Shown here: one piece after another, positions 25,156 through 38,134 of the stretch
How the letters are laid out: the number at the start of each line of letters is the position of its first letter
Numbering within the stretch: position 1 is the first letter of the stretch
From: Nageia nagi
Lineage: Eukaryota; Plantae; Pinophyta
Assembly (NCBI GenBank): GCA_050084985.1
Contig: JBITNC010000001.1
Span: 165,106,001 to 165,170,000, forward strand
Length of the DNA: 64,000 bases
Reading direction: 5' to 3'
Notes under the pieces: model-generated
Database searches by the model: none
What the model saw: the letters and a program-made list of their open reading frames with translations, nothing else
What the model was told of the DNA's origin: nothing
Program-made: the position numbers and the translations under genes

Positions 25156-28088
25156 AATTGATATCAGAGCTTAGTGTGGTAGCTCTTCTTCAACATCTTG
25201 GAGTTTCTCCATCATTTCTTGAGGTTTACTTTTCTTGTTCAAAGTAAACACAAGTGAAGGTATAAGTATCTTCCCTCTTGGTTATTATTATTTTTTGTTT
25301 AATCATGCTACTAACATATTATTTTCTATATGTTAGTTCTTTTGAGCATAATATGGCCAACAAAATTAAATTTTTTTTGTTTATGCTAATCTCCTATGAT
25401 TAGTTGCTTTTTTTTAATTGCTACATTTTTTAAGGTGGTTATTATTATATAAAACTTGGATAATATTACAAAGGTAGTATTACTTCATAATATTACAAAA
25501 TTATGCTTAAAAATTAAGGAATATGATGCAATTTTTAAAGAATACTAATTTTTTGGGTACTTTTTAAATATTTTTAGCATATTATTTACCAGAAAAAGAG
25601 GGTTAGTGTACAATTCCATTATCAAGCTTTAAAATGGAATTTCAATTAAAAAAACTTATTATTTTTTTTCTCAAATGTTTGTTGACAAGTGAACATTTAA
25701 ATGAATACTTTGCATGTTTACATTTTTTTTTAAATGAGGAAGTTTTTTATTGGCGGTGGCCACCCTCCACTCCTCCATCAGTGGCGGCTGGCCCTCCATC
25801 TCAGTAGTTTGCACTTGATTCCTCCTAGCTATGGTCTTTGCAGCTAATAGATAGTGGTTTGAGGAAGAACAATTTGTGGATGGATCTCAAGTTTTAATGC
25901 AACCACTCTCCTCTTAGTAGGTGCCTCCTACTACCCATGGGGTATATTTCCTTGCATAGATGTTAATATCCCACCCAAGAGTGAAAGTTTTTTTTTTCAA
26001 CATGCAAAATTTTTTTCTATGACCTTTGACCCCCACCTCTTAGGTCCTTCATGGCCCCTCCACCATAATTTGTATCCACTCCTCTTAGATTTGTAGGGCT
26101 CCCTTCATGACCCCTTAGTTGTTCCTCCTTACTTCCCCTCTGCATAACCTTTAAACACTCTATGTGCACTCTACCTCCTCTAGTTCCTTCACCCAACCAC
26201 CAACATAGCTATCTTCCAGCCTCCTCGTGTGGCCTCCTCATGTGGCTTCCTCAATGAGCCTCCTCCCTTTAGCCTCTCTCCCTACTCGTGCAACCCCTCT
26301 TCCTATGTGTAGCCTCTCCACCCTCTCCATGCCTCTCCATGCATAGCCTCTCCATTCCTTTCAAGTGGTCTTAGAGTCCAAAAAAAAGTCTTTATTTTTA
26401 ATTTTTTTGCAAATATCATTAAATGAGGCTCCCTTGAGTGGCATGGAGTCTTTTTCTCTATGCATTCAACTCTTGCTAGTACTTAATATCTTAGAGTTTA
26501 TGTACTTGTTCAAAAAGTATAAACTCATAATTATTGTCCTTACTTATACCAACTAGTCATTTAATGGTTTGTCATGGAGTGTGGGGGAGGTAAAAGTAAT
26601 TTTTTTTTTTGATTTGAAGTAAAATCTAATTTTAAAGTCAATGCTTCATCATTTTTAGGTTTACATTTATGAACTTAGGTTAAATCTAAAAAAACAAAAT
26701 TGCAAGTAGGGGAAATAATTTTTTTTATTAAAGGTAATTTTTTAAGAGGCAAGTTTTTTTAGTTAATGCTTAAAATTAAAATTTTTCATTGGACAAATTT
26801 TTAGCGATAAATTTGGTAATTTTTTTTTTTTAAATTAGCATCAAAATTACAAAGTGCAATTGTGGCAATTTAAGATACTATCCTAACCATTTATTCAAAG
26901 GATCCTTTTTTAAGTAAAAGAGGGGGAAATATTTGAGTTTCTTTACTTAAATTTTTTAATCCTTTATGCTTAGAATGAATTTTTCTTATTTAGAAAATTT
27001 TTATGCTTTTTTAAATTTTTTGAAAATGATGCATGATTATGTATTCGTTTTATGTAAAGTGATAGATAGACTTATGCAAATTAAGGAAATAATGCATATT
27101 TATGCCTTGTAAGTTTTATAAATGGACTAGTTCTTGTGTAGGAATATTGCATGATTACTTAAAATGTTTAAGTTATGGAGATAATGTATGTTTATTACAT
27201 TTTTTAAAAGTTATGATGCATTTGATAACTCCATATTTTTTACTTCCTTATGCAAAGTATGGAACGAACTTGTGCAAAATAAGGAATGATGTAAAAATGT
27301 CTTTTAGGGGTTGGTAAACAAAACCCATTAGACATTTAGGTTTCAAAACTTGAATGAATGATTTTTTATTACTTATGCTCTTTATACTTCATGTTTTGTA
27401 TTTTAATTTATTTGCTTATGCAAACATTAAAATGAGCAACCCCCTAAAATGAACACATCTGCATGTACATTTTGTAACATGACTTGTTTAAGGAGCCATG
27501 AGGTGAGGATAGGTGGATTAGAGCCTTTAAGTTAGATGATCCAAATGGTGAAAAGTTTGTACTTCTTAGTTACTCTTAAGTCCTCTATAAGTCTAGATTT
27601 AACTCTAATAGGTGGATAGGTATATGTGTAGTGATACTACATATCTGCATGTTCATTCATGGATTATCCTAATAACTTAAGAAGACAACTTAAAATCTAA
27701 TCAAGATTAATAATTTGTTCAATCAAATAAATATCAAAACCTTAAAAAGTAGCTAGTACTTCTCTTTATAAGAGTATATTGCTACCCAAGGGGAACTAGT
27801 TGAAGATTGGTAGGATCTAGGCTCCTTTTATGTGGGCATCTAGGTGAAGGTCTAATTTTAGATAAAAAAAGAAGCCTCAACAATGTCACTCTACATCTAC
27901 GATTCTTGAGATGAGAAATGTATTTGGGTACATGGGTTATTATTTGAGTTGTGAAATATTTACATTTGTGAATCAAATCAAGCATGTATTTAGTGTTAAA
28001 TATAACATGTATTATTTACTTGGTTAAAATTAAATATTAAATATTATTTATTGAACCATATGCTAATTATTTTCATATTATTATGTAG

Positions 28089-31000
28089 CAAATAGGGGAA
28101 TCCTTTTTAACAAAACACATTCTTGATAGTTCCAAATTTAAGATTTGGAAACCATGGATGAGAGCTAAATTGTAAGCAAAGAAGCTTTGGTAAATAGTGA
28201 ATAAAAATTTTATACCTCCTACAAATGAAAAGTCACTAGAGGCTTACAACATGAATAATAAATTAGCAACCTCTATGATTTACCATCCAATTTTAGATGA
28301 TGTGCTTCTAATGATTTTCTCTTCAACATCAACAAAGGAAGCATGGGATAAGCTTAAGCAAATCTACCTTGGTTCAAAGTTTTCAATAAGGTTTACCATT
28401 CTTCAAAAGTTACTTTGATCTCATCAAGGAAAAGATAAAAATGTAGCTATCTACTTGAATAAAATTATTGATATAAAGATCTAACTTGTTACTTGTAGGT
28501 GCAATTAGATCAATGATGAGTTCATGTTCTTCATCATTCTTCAAAGTTTAAAACTTTGTAATAGTTATGGAAACAAGGCTTGATGAAGAAGAAGTCTTCT
28601 CCTTTGAGAACCTTTTTAGGAACCTATTGAAGTATGAAAAAACCCTTAATAATAAGCTATTGATTTCTTCTCCTAAGGATAATAACATTGATCTTTAAGT
28701 AACCAAAAATCTTTTCAAAAAGAAGTTCAACCATTAAAAAAATCTTATCCTTCTTCCTTCAAAAAGTTTGAAAAAAGAGGCAATGGCTACAACAGTAGTA
28801 GGAACAACAAAAATAATAACCACAACAGTAGGAACAATAACAACAACCATTTCAAGTAAAGAGATAAAAAAAAAAGCAAATAATCCATATCTTAAAAAAA
28901 ATTTGATGATAATTGTAACTATTGTGGCATTCAAGGTCACAAAGAAGATTGCTACAAAAAGAAAAGAGAAGAAAAGAACAAAAATAATGAAAATGTAAAG
29001 AAGTATAAAGGAAAGAAGAATATTTATGCTGGTTTTGCTATGATGTTCTACTCTATGTCATGTTCTTTTTATCTGATTAGATTGTTGACTCTGGTTGCAC
29101 TAATCACCTATGCTTTGGAAAGGAAAAGTTTGAAAATTTTTACAAGTATAGAAAAGATATAGTTATGATAGGTGATATCTCTAGTTTTGAAGTTCAAGGA
29201 ATTAGGAGTGTGTTAATTCATGAAAAGATTCTTTGAAATATTCTTTATATTTCTAAGTTAAGGATGAACATTCTCTCCATGATCTAAGTTGCTAGGAAAA
29301 GGTACTCTTTTGAGTTCAACTCTCAATCTTGATATATTAAAAAAGAACTTACTACTTTGATTAAAAGATCAATGAAAGATAACCTTTACATCATGGATCA
29401 AGTTCCATAAAAGATGTGTCTTGCTTCTAGTATGTGTTCTAAAGGCAATCTTTAGCACCATCAATTAAGACACCTTAACCACAAGAGTCTTCAAGTCATA
29501 AAAGATCAAGAACTTGTAGAAGGTTTGCTTTTTATTTCTCTTTCAGTTGGTTTATGCAAAAAATGCATTCTTGAAAAGATGCATAGATAAAAGTTTGAAA
29601 AAGATAAGGCAACAAGAGCATCTCAACCTTTTAAACTTGTGCTTTCAGATTTGATGGGTTCATTTCAGACTAAATCATTTGAAGAAGTATTTTACATCTT
29701 GAACTTCATTTATGACTTTAGCATGATGACATTTGGGTATCTACTTGATCACAAACATCAAACCTTTGAACATTTTAAAGTTTTTAAGGCCTTTGTTGAG
29801 AATCAAACTAACCCTAAAATCAAGATGTTGAGATGAGATAATGGAGAAGAATATCATAGTAATGAGTTCAATAACTATTGTGTTAAGTATGGAATCAAGA
29901 GATAGTTTATGATTCTTTACACTCCTCAATAGAATGGTGTTATCAAAAGAAAATATGAATAATTATGGAGATGGCTAGATGCATGTTGGGTAATCTTTCT
30001 AAATTCTTGTGAGGTGAAGCTATAAGCATTGTTATTTACACCTTGAATCCTACAAAAGTTATTTAGAGTAAAACTTTTTTTAAAACATGATTAAAAAGAA
30101 AATCTAACATTTATCACCTTAAGGTGTTTGGTTATGAAGCATTCTCCTATATTATTTCTAAGAAATGAAAAAGTTGGACAAAAGAGCTAAAAAAGGCATC
30201 TTTATAGGTTATGATAATTAGCATAGAGGCTACAAGCTCTACTCTCCATCCTAAAAAGTTATGTTTGTTTCAAAGGATATAAAATTCAATGAAATTATTG
30301 AAGATTCTACTTCTAAAGAGGATGATGATGATTTAAAGGATTCTTCAATTGCACCTAGCTAGTTAGATATTTATAGAGGCAAGTCACCTTGGGAATAAAA
30401 TTCTTCAACACAAAGGGTAACAAGGAGCATGACCTTAAACAAATCCTTATTTATCAAGAATGATAATAAATATGATCCCTTAACCTTAAAAGAAGCTTCT
30501 AAGCATGAGTGCCAGATGAAAGCCATGAAAGTGGAGTATGAGACAATTATGAAAAATAAAACTTGGGACTTGGTTCCTTATCCCAATGAGAAAAATATGA
30601 TTGGTAATAAGTGGATCTACAAGGTCAAGTTGAATTTAGTTGGAGATATTAAAAAATACAAGGCAAGGTTAGTAGCTAAATTTTTTGCTTAGAAATATGA
30701 TGTAGATTATGAGAAAACCTTTGCTTCCATGGTAAAGATGCCTACTGTAAGAGTTATCCTTGCTCTTTCCATAGTTCAAAGATGAAAAGTTTTTCAACTT
30801 AACATCAAAAATGCATTTCTAAATGGTGAATTAGATGTGAAAATATTCATAAGTCAACTAGAAGGGTTTATTATAGAAGGCAAAGAGTCCTTTGTGTGCA
30901 AGATAAAAAATTCATTGTATGGATTTAAGCAAGCACCTAGAGCCTGGTACATAAAGATTTTAGGGTACTTTGTACACATAAGATTCTCTAAGTATTTTTT

Positions 31001-31976
31001 TTAACTCTAATTTATATGTGCTCAATCAAGAAAAATATATGATCTTGATTTTCCTTTATGTGGATGATATTTTGATTACTAGAAATAATAATAAAATCAT
31101 TTAAGAGTGCATATCTAAACTTAAGGTAACATTTGAAATGATTGATCTTGATCTCTTACACTACTATCTTGAAATGCAAGTGTATCAATACAAAGATTAT
31201 ACTTAAATTAGTTAATCTAAGTATATATCAAACATATTGTAGAATTTTGAAATGGAAGAGTGTAGATATGCTGCAATTCTTGTCTCTCCTAGAATCACTA
31301 TTTCTCTAAGCTCCAACTCTTAGTCAATTGATGCTATAGCTTATAGGTAATTAATTGGTAGTCTTTTGTGTTTGACTATATCTAGGCTAAATATTACCTT
31401 TGTAATGAATTTTATGGTATGATTCATGCAAAAATCATATGTTGAGCACCTCAATGCTATTAAGAAAATCTTGAGGTATGTTGTAGGGACTATGGATTCT
31501 TAGATTTTAACTATAGGAGAGATAAAGATGATAAAAAATCAACCTTTATGTATGTGTTTAGCATTGGTTCAGGTGCTATCTCTTAGACTTCCAAGAAGTA
31601 GCCTACTATTTATCTTTTTATCATAGTAGCTAAATATCATGCCATATCTATTGCAGCACAAGAAGCCATTTGGCTAAATCATCTTCTAAAAGAAATTAGA
31701 TATGAGCAAGGTGGCTCATCATTGATTTCTTCATATAATCAGTTAGCTATTTCTTTGGTTAAGAATCTTGTGTTTCATCAAAGAATAAAACATGTGAAAA
31801 TCCATACCCATTTTATTAGGAACAAGGTTCTTGATGGTATCATACACCTAGAGTATTGTCCATCCACCTTGAACTCTACTAATTTGTTCATCAAGCCCCT
31901 TTTAAAAGCTCAATTCTGTAAGTTTAAGGATGTTATCGGGTTGGTGAAGTTTCCTTCAAAGGGAAGTGAAGTTTAA
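28089..31976 (+). pseudogene. Copia B gag-pol, decayed
   Basis: gag KFKIWKPWMRAKL / TKEAWDKLKQIY; knuckle CNYCGIQGHKEDCY; PR IVDSGCTNHLC; INT LVLSDLMG..YTPQ*NGV; RT IGNKWIYKVK..YKARLVAK and LYVDDILIT; RH NLVFHQRIKHVKIHTHFIR. Confidence 0.92.
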
Positions 31977-32132
31977 ATTTTTGTATTGAATTAAAAATTT
32001 GTGATGAAAACTTCACCCTTAGGAGGGTTTTATGTTGTATAGTGTTGATTTTGTTATACACCTTCATGGTAAGTTTGCTCTATATGAAGAACTTATTGTA
32101 TAAATTTTTTAAAGTAAAAGATTTATTAATCT

Positions 32133-32340
32133 ACCACTGTTCAATTATCCATGTGTGAAGAACTTTTGTATGTCTTTTGGCACTATTTAATTATCCATAT
32201 GTGAAGAACTCATATGTGCATGCTCTATTTCTGGTTAATCTAGCACTATTCAGTTATCCATATGTGAGGAACACTTATGTGTCTTTTACCACTGTTTAGT
32301 TATCCATATGAAAGGAATTTATATGTTCATACTCTATTTT
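32133..32340. repeat. Tandem repeat in the copia B 3' region (4 units, alternating ~46/61 bp)
   Basis: cact(g/a)tt(c/t)a(a/g)ttatccat(g/a)tg..gaa at ~32134, 32181, 32245 and 32290. Confidence 0.8.
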
Positions 32341-32799
32341 GTAATGATAATCAACATATATTTTATATACAACAAGTGACTAAGTTTTTAGAATGGTATC
32401 TTCATGATGACTTATAGTGCACTATTGATTAGTTCATGATAGCATTTATGTGATTCATCTATCCTTGTTGATATGAATATGATGCATCTAACTGATCTTG
32501 TTATTTGAACTACTTATGACTTGTAAGTTCCTTTGAGATTACAAGTTACTTACCTTAAGTATGCAAGCTCTTGGAGACTTTTCATGACTTCTAATTGGAT
32601 GGCTACTTCATGTACATTGAAACTGGTTATGGTTAATGATTGTATTTGGTAAAGTAGTGAGTCTCAAACTAGATCTTTCTTACTTCACAAATATGTTAAA
32701 AGTTCTCATCTTTGTTGTATCTATTTGGAGGAGAACTCTCTTACTTTCTCTTCTTCTTCTCTTTTATTCACTCTATCTCAAAATTACATTAAGGAAGAG

Positions 32800-33297
32800 T
32801 GTTGAAATGTATAATATATTATTGTAAAGGTTTGTATTAAATCTTCTATGTAAGTTCATTAATACTTAAGGGTATCATTTGATACCTTAAGTATTTAAGT
32901 GAATATGATAATGTAACTTGTCTTACACTCCATGTCATGAGCATGCCCCTTAGGTTAAAATATGTGCATGTCATGCTTGTATATTGGATAAAAAGGTGAT
33001 CAAAAGAAGGATTTTGGCCTATAAATAGAAGGATCCTCTGTGTGATCACATACCATTTTGTGGAGTAAAATTATGCTAGAGGATAGTGTTTGGGAGTTGA
33101 GATTAGGAAGATTGTAAGAGAGTTGTATTTGTGATTGAAATAAAGATCTAGTTAGTGGATGTACTCTTAGTTGGAGGAACCACTTACATCTTATGTTATC
33201 TTTGTGAGATTGCTTTGTGTGGTAGTTAGATAGGAATTGAGAGTTTTCATATGATCTTGGTTGTTTAAGAATTATCTAGTTAGTGTTAGTTCTTATA
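32800..33297 (+). repeat. Copia B 3' LTR (498 bp)
   Basis: TGTTGAAATG start after the PPT. Homologous to the 5' LTR, with TATA ctataaatag at ~33019. Confidence 0.9.
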
Positions 33298-34143
33298 AGG
33301 GTTATATCTATAAAGAAGGCCTATACTATGAAGAGATATTTTTCCCTATTTCCCACCTTGAGATGATTTGTTCTATTCTTTCTTTATCTTAATATTTTGA
33401 TTTTTTAGTCTACCATATGGTATTAAAGTATTCCTTCTTGAATGGAGACTTGTAAGAAGAAGTCTACATGAATCAATCCCAAGGATTCACCATTTTCAAC
33501 CATGGGGAAAAAGTATATAGGGTAAAGAAAGCTCTTTATGGGATGAAGCAAGCCCCTTGCACTTAGTATTACTAGATTGATACCTACTTCCATCAAAATG
33601 GATATCAGATATGCTATGTAGAATCCACATTATACACAAAGGCATATGAATACAACTATATCATCATTTTTATCTATAATGATGATATTATTTTTATGAG
33701 ATCCTCTTCTTCCATGCTCTGATAGTGTAAGAGTGTAATGGTTAATAAGTTTAAGATGAGTGATTCGGATGACATGAAATATTTTTTGAGCATGCAAGTC
33801 TAATAGTAATACAACAATATATTCATCACTAAAACCAAATATGTTGATGATATGCTTGCAAGATTCTCCATAAAATATTGCAAACCTCTTGGTACCCAAT
33901 AATTGTTGGTTGTAAATTGATGAAGGAGGATTCTACTCCTTTGGTTAATGTAATACTATATAGGTCATTTTTCAATGGTCTAATGTATTTCACAACTTCC
34001 AAAATTGATATAATGTTTGCATTCAATCGTCATACATTAATCCTCATGAATCCCATTATAAAGAAACCAAAATAATACTCTATTATGTATCTGATACCAA
34101 AGATTTTGAATTGTGATATAAGTCTACTAAGTATAAGACTCTA
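33298..34143 (+). mobile_element. Ty1/copia element A, remainder of RT; RNase H and 3' LTR missing
   Basis: Resumes as GYIYKEGLYYEEIFSPISHLEMI, then FLNGDL*EEVYMNQSQGF and RVKKALYGMKQAP. Stops abruptly at ~34143. Confidence 0.85.
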
Positions 34144-36900
34144 TGTAATGATCCACCCAATTACACTATTCAAACTCGATATTATCAAGGATTTTGTTAT
34201 GAACAAAATTCCCAAAATTGCATAAAATCATGAGAGAAAGAGCTCAACGCATTGAATAAGAGATAAAATTTGTAATAAGCCACTTTAAGGGGACAACCTC
34301 TTTTACAAATCTGTAATAAGCCACTTTGAGGGGACAACCTCCTTTACATCACATCAATTACACAACAATCGATAATACAAATGATAATACCTCCTTAGTA
34401 TATATAGGAGTCCAAGGGGTGCCATTACAATGAAAGGACACTAGCCGACATAATAATAATAATGTTTGGCCAACATAACAATAATAATATAAGGGAATAG
34501 AAATAACCATATTGGACTTCTATGGGACACATAATAACAATATATGGGCTACATGAGTAGTATAGGGACCTAACATGCCCCTCTCCTTCAAAAAAATGTT
34601 GTTCTCAACGTTTTAGTAGTTCTAGATGCTTCTGTAGAAATTTCTCATCTTCCCATGTGGAATCTTTAGCCATTGCTATATTTTTACTTTCAACCTTCCT
34701 TTACATCCTAAAATCCATCTCTAAGGATGTTGGTATACTACAAATACATTGTAGAATACCATAATTCCTTGGGATGCAGTGCTTTTTAAACCATAATTTG
34801 GATACTGTTCTATTATCTGACATTCCAACTAATGTAAATCTAAAATGTTTGCCCTTTAGAATCTAAAATTTCTACCTATGGTAGCCTAAGATGTCTTCTT
34901 TTCAATGCCATAGATTTCATCAAATTATAATATTCCAAGAGGAAATGGCTACAACTTTCCCAAAATGTGCTGGTTTTTGGATTTTTCAGAAGTGAAACTT
35001 GTACGAAGTGCCATGTGTCACCTGTTTATTCCTAGACTTTGAAAATTATAACAAATAAAATTCAATATATAGCCTAACCAATATATATGTTTCACCTAGT
35101 ATGGAGTTGTAAAACTTCATATATACACTTTTTAGCTAGAACACCTATTTCAGACCTACTTTTGAGACTAGTCATAAACCTTAACTTATCCCAAGTGTAA
35201 CTTGCAAAATATAGCAAATTAGGAGCTAAAATGTGAACTAAAACTTATTTAGTATGTATTCTAAATATAAAATAAATTTTAGAATCTAAAACATTGCAAA
35301 ACAAAATTGGTAGTGAAAATGCCATGATGACTAGTTTTGATCCGTGAAACCATAGAATCGTCTACTCTAATACCAAATGTTATGAACAAAGTTCCCAAAA
35401 TAGCATAAAATCATGAGAGAAAGAGCTTAATGCATTGAATAAGAGATAAAATATGTAATAATCCACTTAAAGGGGGAAACCTCCTTTACAAATCTGTAAT
35501 AAGCCACTTCGAGGGGGCAACCTCCTTTACATCACATCAATTACACAACAATCGATAATACAAATGATAATACCTCCTTAGTATATATAGGAGTCCAAGG
35601 GGTGCCACTACAATGAAAGGACACTAGCTAACATAACAATAATAATGTAAGGGAATAACAATAACCATAGTGGACTTCTATGGGACACATAATAACAATA
35701 TATGGGCTACATGAGTAGTATAGGGACCTAACAGATTTGAATGAGACTATGTTTGAATTATGCTATATAATGATAAGTTTTGAATAGCAATATGCTTTAT
35801 TTGTATCAATTTGATGTTGGTTTCAAGATATTTTGACACAGGTCATAAGTTAAATTGAGATGAAAAGTATGGAAAAAGACTCAAGGAACTAAAGGTGAAT
35901 TGGTGATAGGGAAGGAAGGGTAAGAGTGAGAAAATGATTGGTGTTGGTTCATTGACAAACTCTAATGACCATTGTAGATCATGTAGTTGCATGGTAGAAT
36001 AATTATTCATGAATATTGATTTTCATGATGAATGTGTTTTTATGGATGCGTGTGTATTAACAATCTATCCTACACAATGAGGTGACCTTCATAGGTAAAA
36101 TGTGTAATTAACTTCCTGTTGTGACTTTACACAATTTAAATTAGGATAGGGAGGGAAAAGAATATTCCTTTATTTTGAATTCAAATTTTTTACTTATATT
36201 TGTTAGTGAATTAAATTGAAAATTAAAACAATAATAGTTAGAAAGGACTAAGGTCACTTTGTGATATTACAAGATATTTAATGGTTTATGAAAATAATTG
36301 AGTTATGGCCTTACTTATTTTGTTTCCTTGTGTTAGGTATGGGCAATAGTTGGCACTGATTTGTCAGTTAATAAAAAAGGTTCCAAAGTATTAAATGCCA
36401 CTACAATCATCAACAACTTTAATAAAACCTACCATAAAAAAATTATTAAAAGGATGAGTAGACATTCATTTAGATATATTTGAACCTCCTTAGCTATAAA
36501 TAAGAGGGTGGAACAATAATAAAAACACCTATCTACTATCATTTCATTCTTGTTATTCTCAAGCTTTGGGTGTAGAGTTATGTAAATAAAAGAAGCTTTT
36601 CTCTTTCTAAGTCTAGGTGTATTCTTTCACATTTTAGACAATAAAGCTTAGTTAAAATAGTTCTATTTTGATGTTATTTAATAAGTTACATGAAAGGATT
36701 GTTTGATAAAAGTTCATGGAATTAATTGTTGATAGAGGTATTATACTATTTGAAAGGACATATTGATTTTTTTATTTGACATAATCCATGTGAAAGTTGG
36801 TACCTTATCTTTTCTTTGAAAAGTAAAGGAGTGAGATTTTATTATTATTATTTTTATTTAAATCTAATGGTGGGAAATCCTAAGAACAAATGTGTTATGG
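34144..36900 (+). mobile_element. Probable long LTR-like segment of another retroelement (hosts the 34195-35733 insertion)
   Basis: Begins TGTAATGATCCACC exactly where copia A RT breaks off. Non-coding, with TATA ctataaataagagg at ~36495. 3' end not identified. Confidence 0.35.
34195..35733 (-). mobile_element. Non-autonomous LTR element (1539 bp) derived from a chromovirus-type Ty3/gypsy
   Basis: LTRs 34195-34575 and 35378-35733 (TG..CA, roughly 95% identical by eye), perfect TSD GATTT, PBS tttggtattagag (35377-35365), PPT aaggagaggggca, and chromodomain tail AKDSTWEDEKFLQKHLELLKR*EQHFFEGEG just before the PPT. Confidence 0.92.
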
Positions 36901-36959
36901 AATAATGATGAAACTAATCAATTAATTATGTTTCAAGCTCACACCTTATCACCTTACTC

Positions 36960-37810
36960 GCATTTACTCCCTGTTGTGTTCTCTCATGACTATGACCATA
37001 ATATTTGATACAAAACCATTTTAACTACTCTTTGTTAGATCTCTAAACCTTCCTGACCAAAAACTCCCATCTAGGCATATATTGGAAAAATATTGGCAAA
37101 GGTTTTAGAGTTTGGATATAATCTCGACTGTAGTGCACTTTTTAGGATGACCCATTCTATGCATACCCTTCCATCATTATAGTCCATGGATAAAGGTTTT
37201 CAAACTTGCTATTGTAAAACAATACCCAAACTTTGTGTATTCTCTTCATGTTAGGCATTTGCAACCATAATATGAAATGAGAAATAATTTGAACTACTCC
37301 TTGATGGATCTCTATACCTCCTTCCTAATTTATCATAGTGATGCACATTGAGACTTGCTGTCAAAAGCATGTAAAACCATTTTTAATTATGATTTGATGT
37401 ATCTCCATACTGTCTTCTCAAGCTCACATGGTGATTCATGATCAGAGAATGCTAACAAAGGCTGTAGAGTTTGGGTTCATGCCTGATCATTCTATGTACG
37501 ATTCCCTCTCCTGTTTTCTCTATATGTTTCTCCATATTCATTTGAAAAGACTTCCATAGGCATTTCTTATGATTATTTGAACAAATTTTATACTCTAAGA
37601 CTCCCTACGCTATCACACCTTGGAAAAACTCATGAGAATTGAGATGAGAATGTTGTTATATTCCTTATCCTGTGTAGTCTTATAGACATGGATCAAATAT
37701 ATCTATGATGTATTGATTAGTAAATAGCATTCAATTTCCATTCAAACTATTGAATACTTCTCCCAATGAGACTTTTATTTCAATACATGTAGGATAATCT
37801 TAGATCTATG
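36960..37810 (+). pseudogene. Possible mTERF-family pseudogene fragment, very decayed
   Basis: Two repeats, KILAKVLEFGYNLDCSALFRMTHSM and RMLTKAVEFGFMPDHSMY, resemble plant mTERF (V.E.GF.P.S.MF..AL) units. A C-terminal YP...MDQI..YDVL...NETFIQY resembles the mTERF end motif. Confidence 0.4.
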
Positions 37811-38134
37811 GCGAAAACCATGATCACTCTCCACTTACAAATAGCATTATAAAACTAGAATGTATGTCACATATTATTTCTATTTTCATTAAAGGAAAAG
37901 CTTATGGATTATGACTAGCCTCTCCTCAAACTCATTTCAGAGAACCACTGAAATGACAAGTCTCATATGAGACCTTTCATACATCTCAATGTTGATAATT
38001 ATTTGATTATGGCAGTTAGGTTTTAGATTTTCCATGTTTATTAGTGTATATGAATTTGATGTTAATTTTTAAGTAAGAGGTAAAGTAAAGAAATCTATTA
38101 AATTTTTAAAATAATTTATGGAAATAAATATATA

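Larger units (their letters stand above)
24701..33297 (+). mobile_element. Full-length Ty1/copia element B nested in the RT of copia A
   Basis: Two homologous LTRs (24701-25155 and 32800-33297), PBS aattgatatcagagc (25156-25170, tRNA-iMet type), PPT aaggaagag (32791-32799), decayed 5-bp TSD atggc/agggt splitting the host RLVAKGY motif. Confidence 0.92.
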
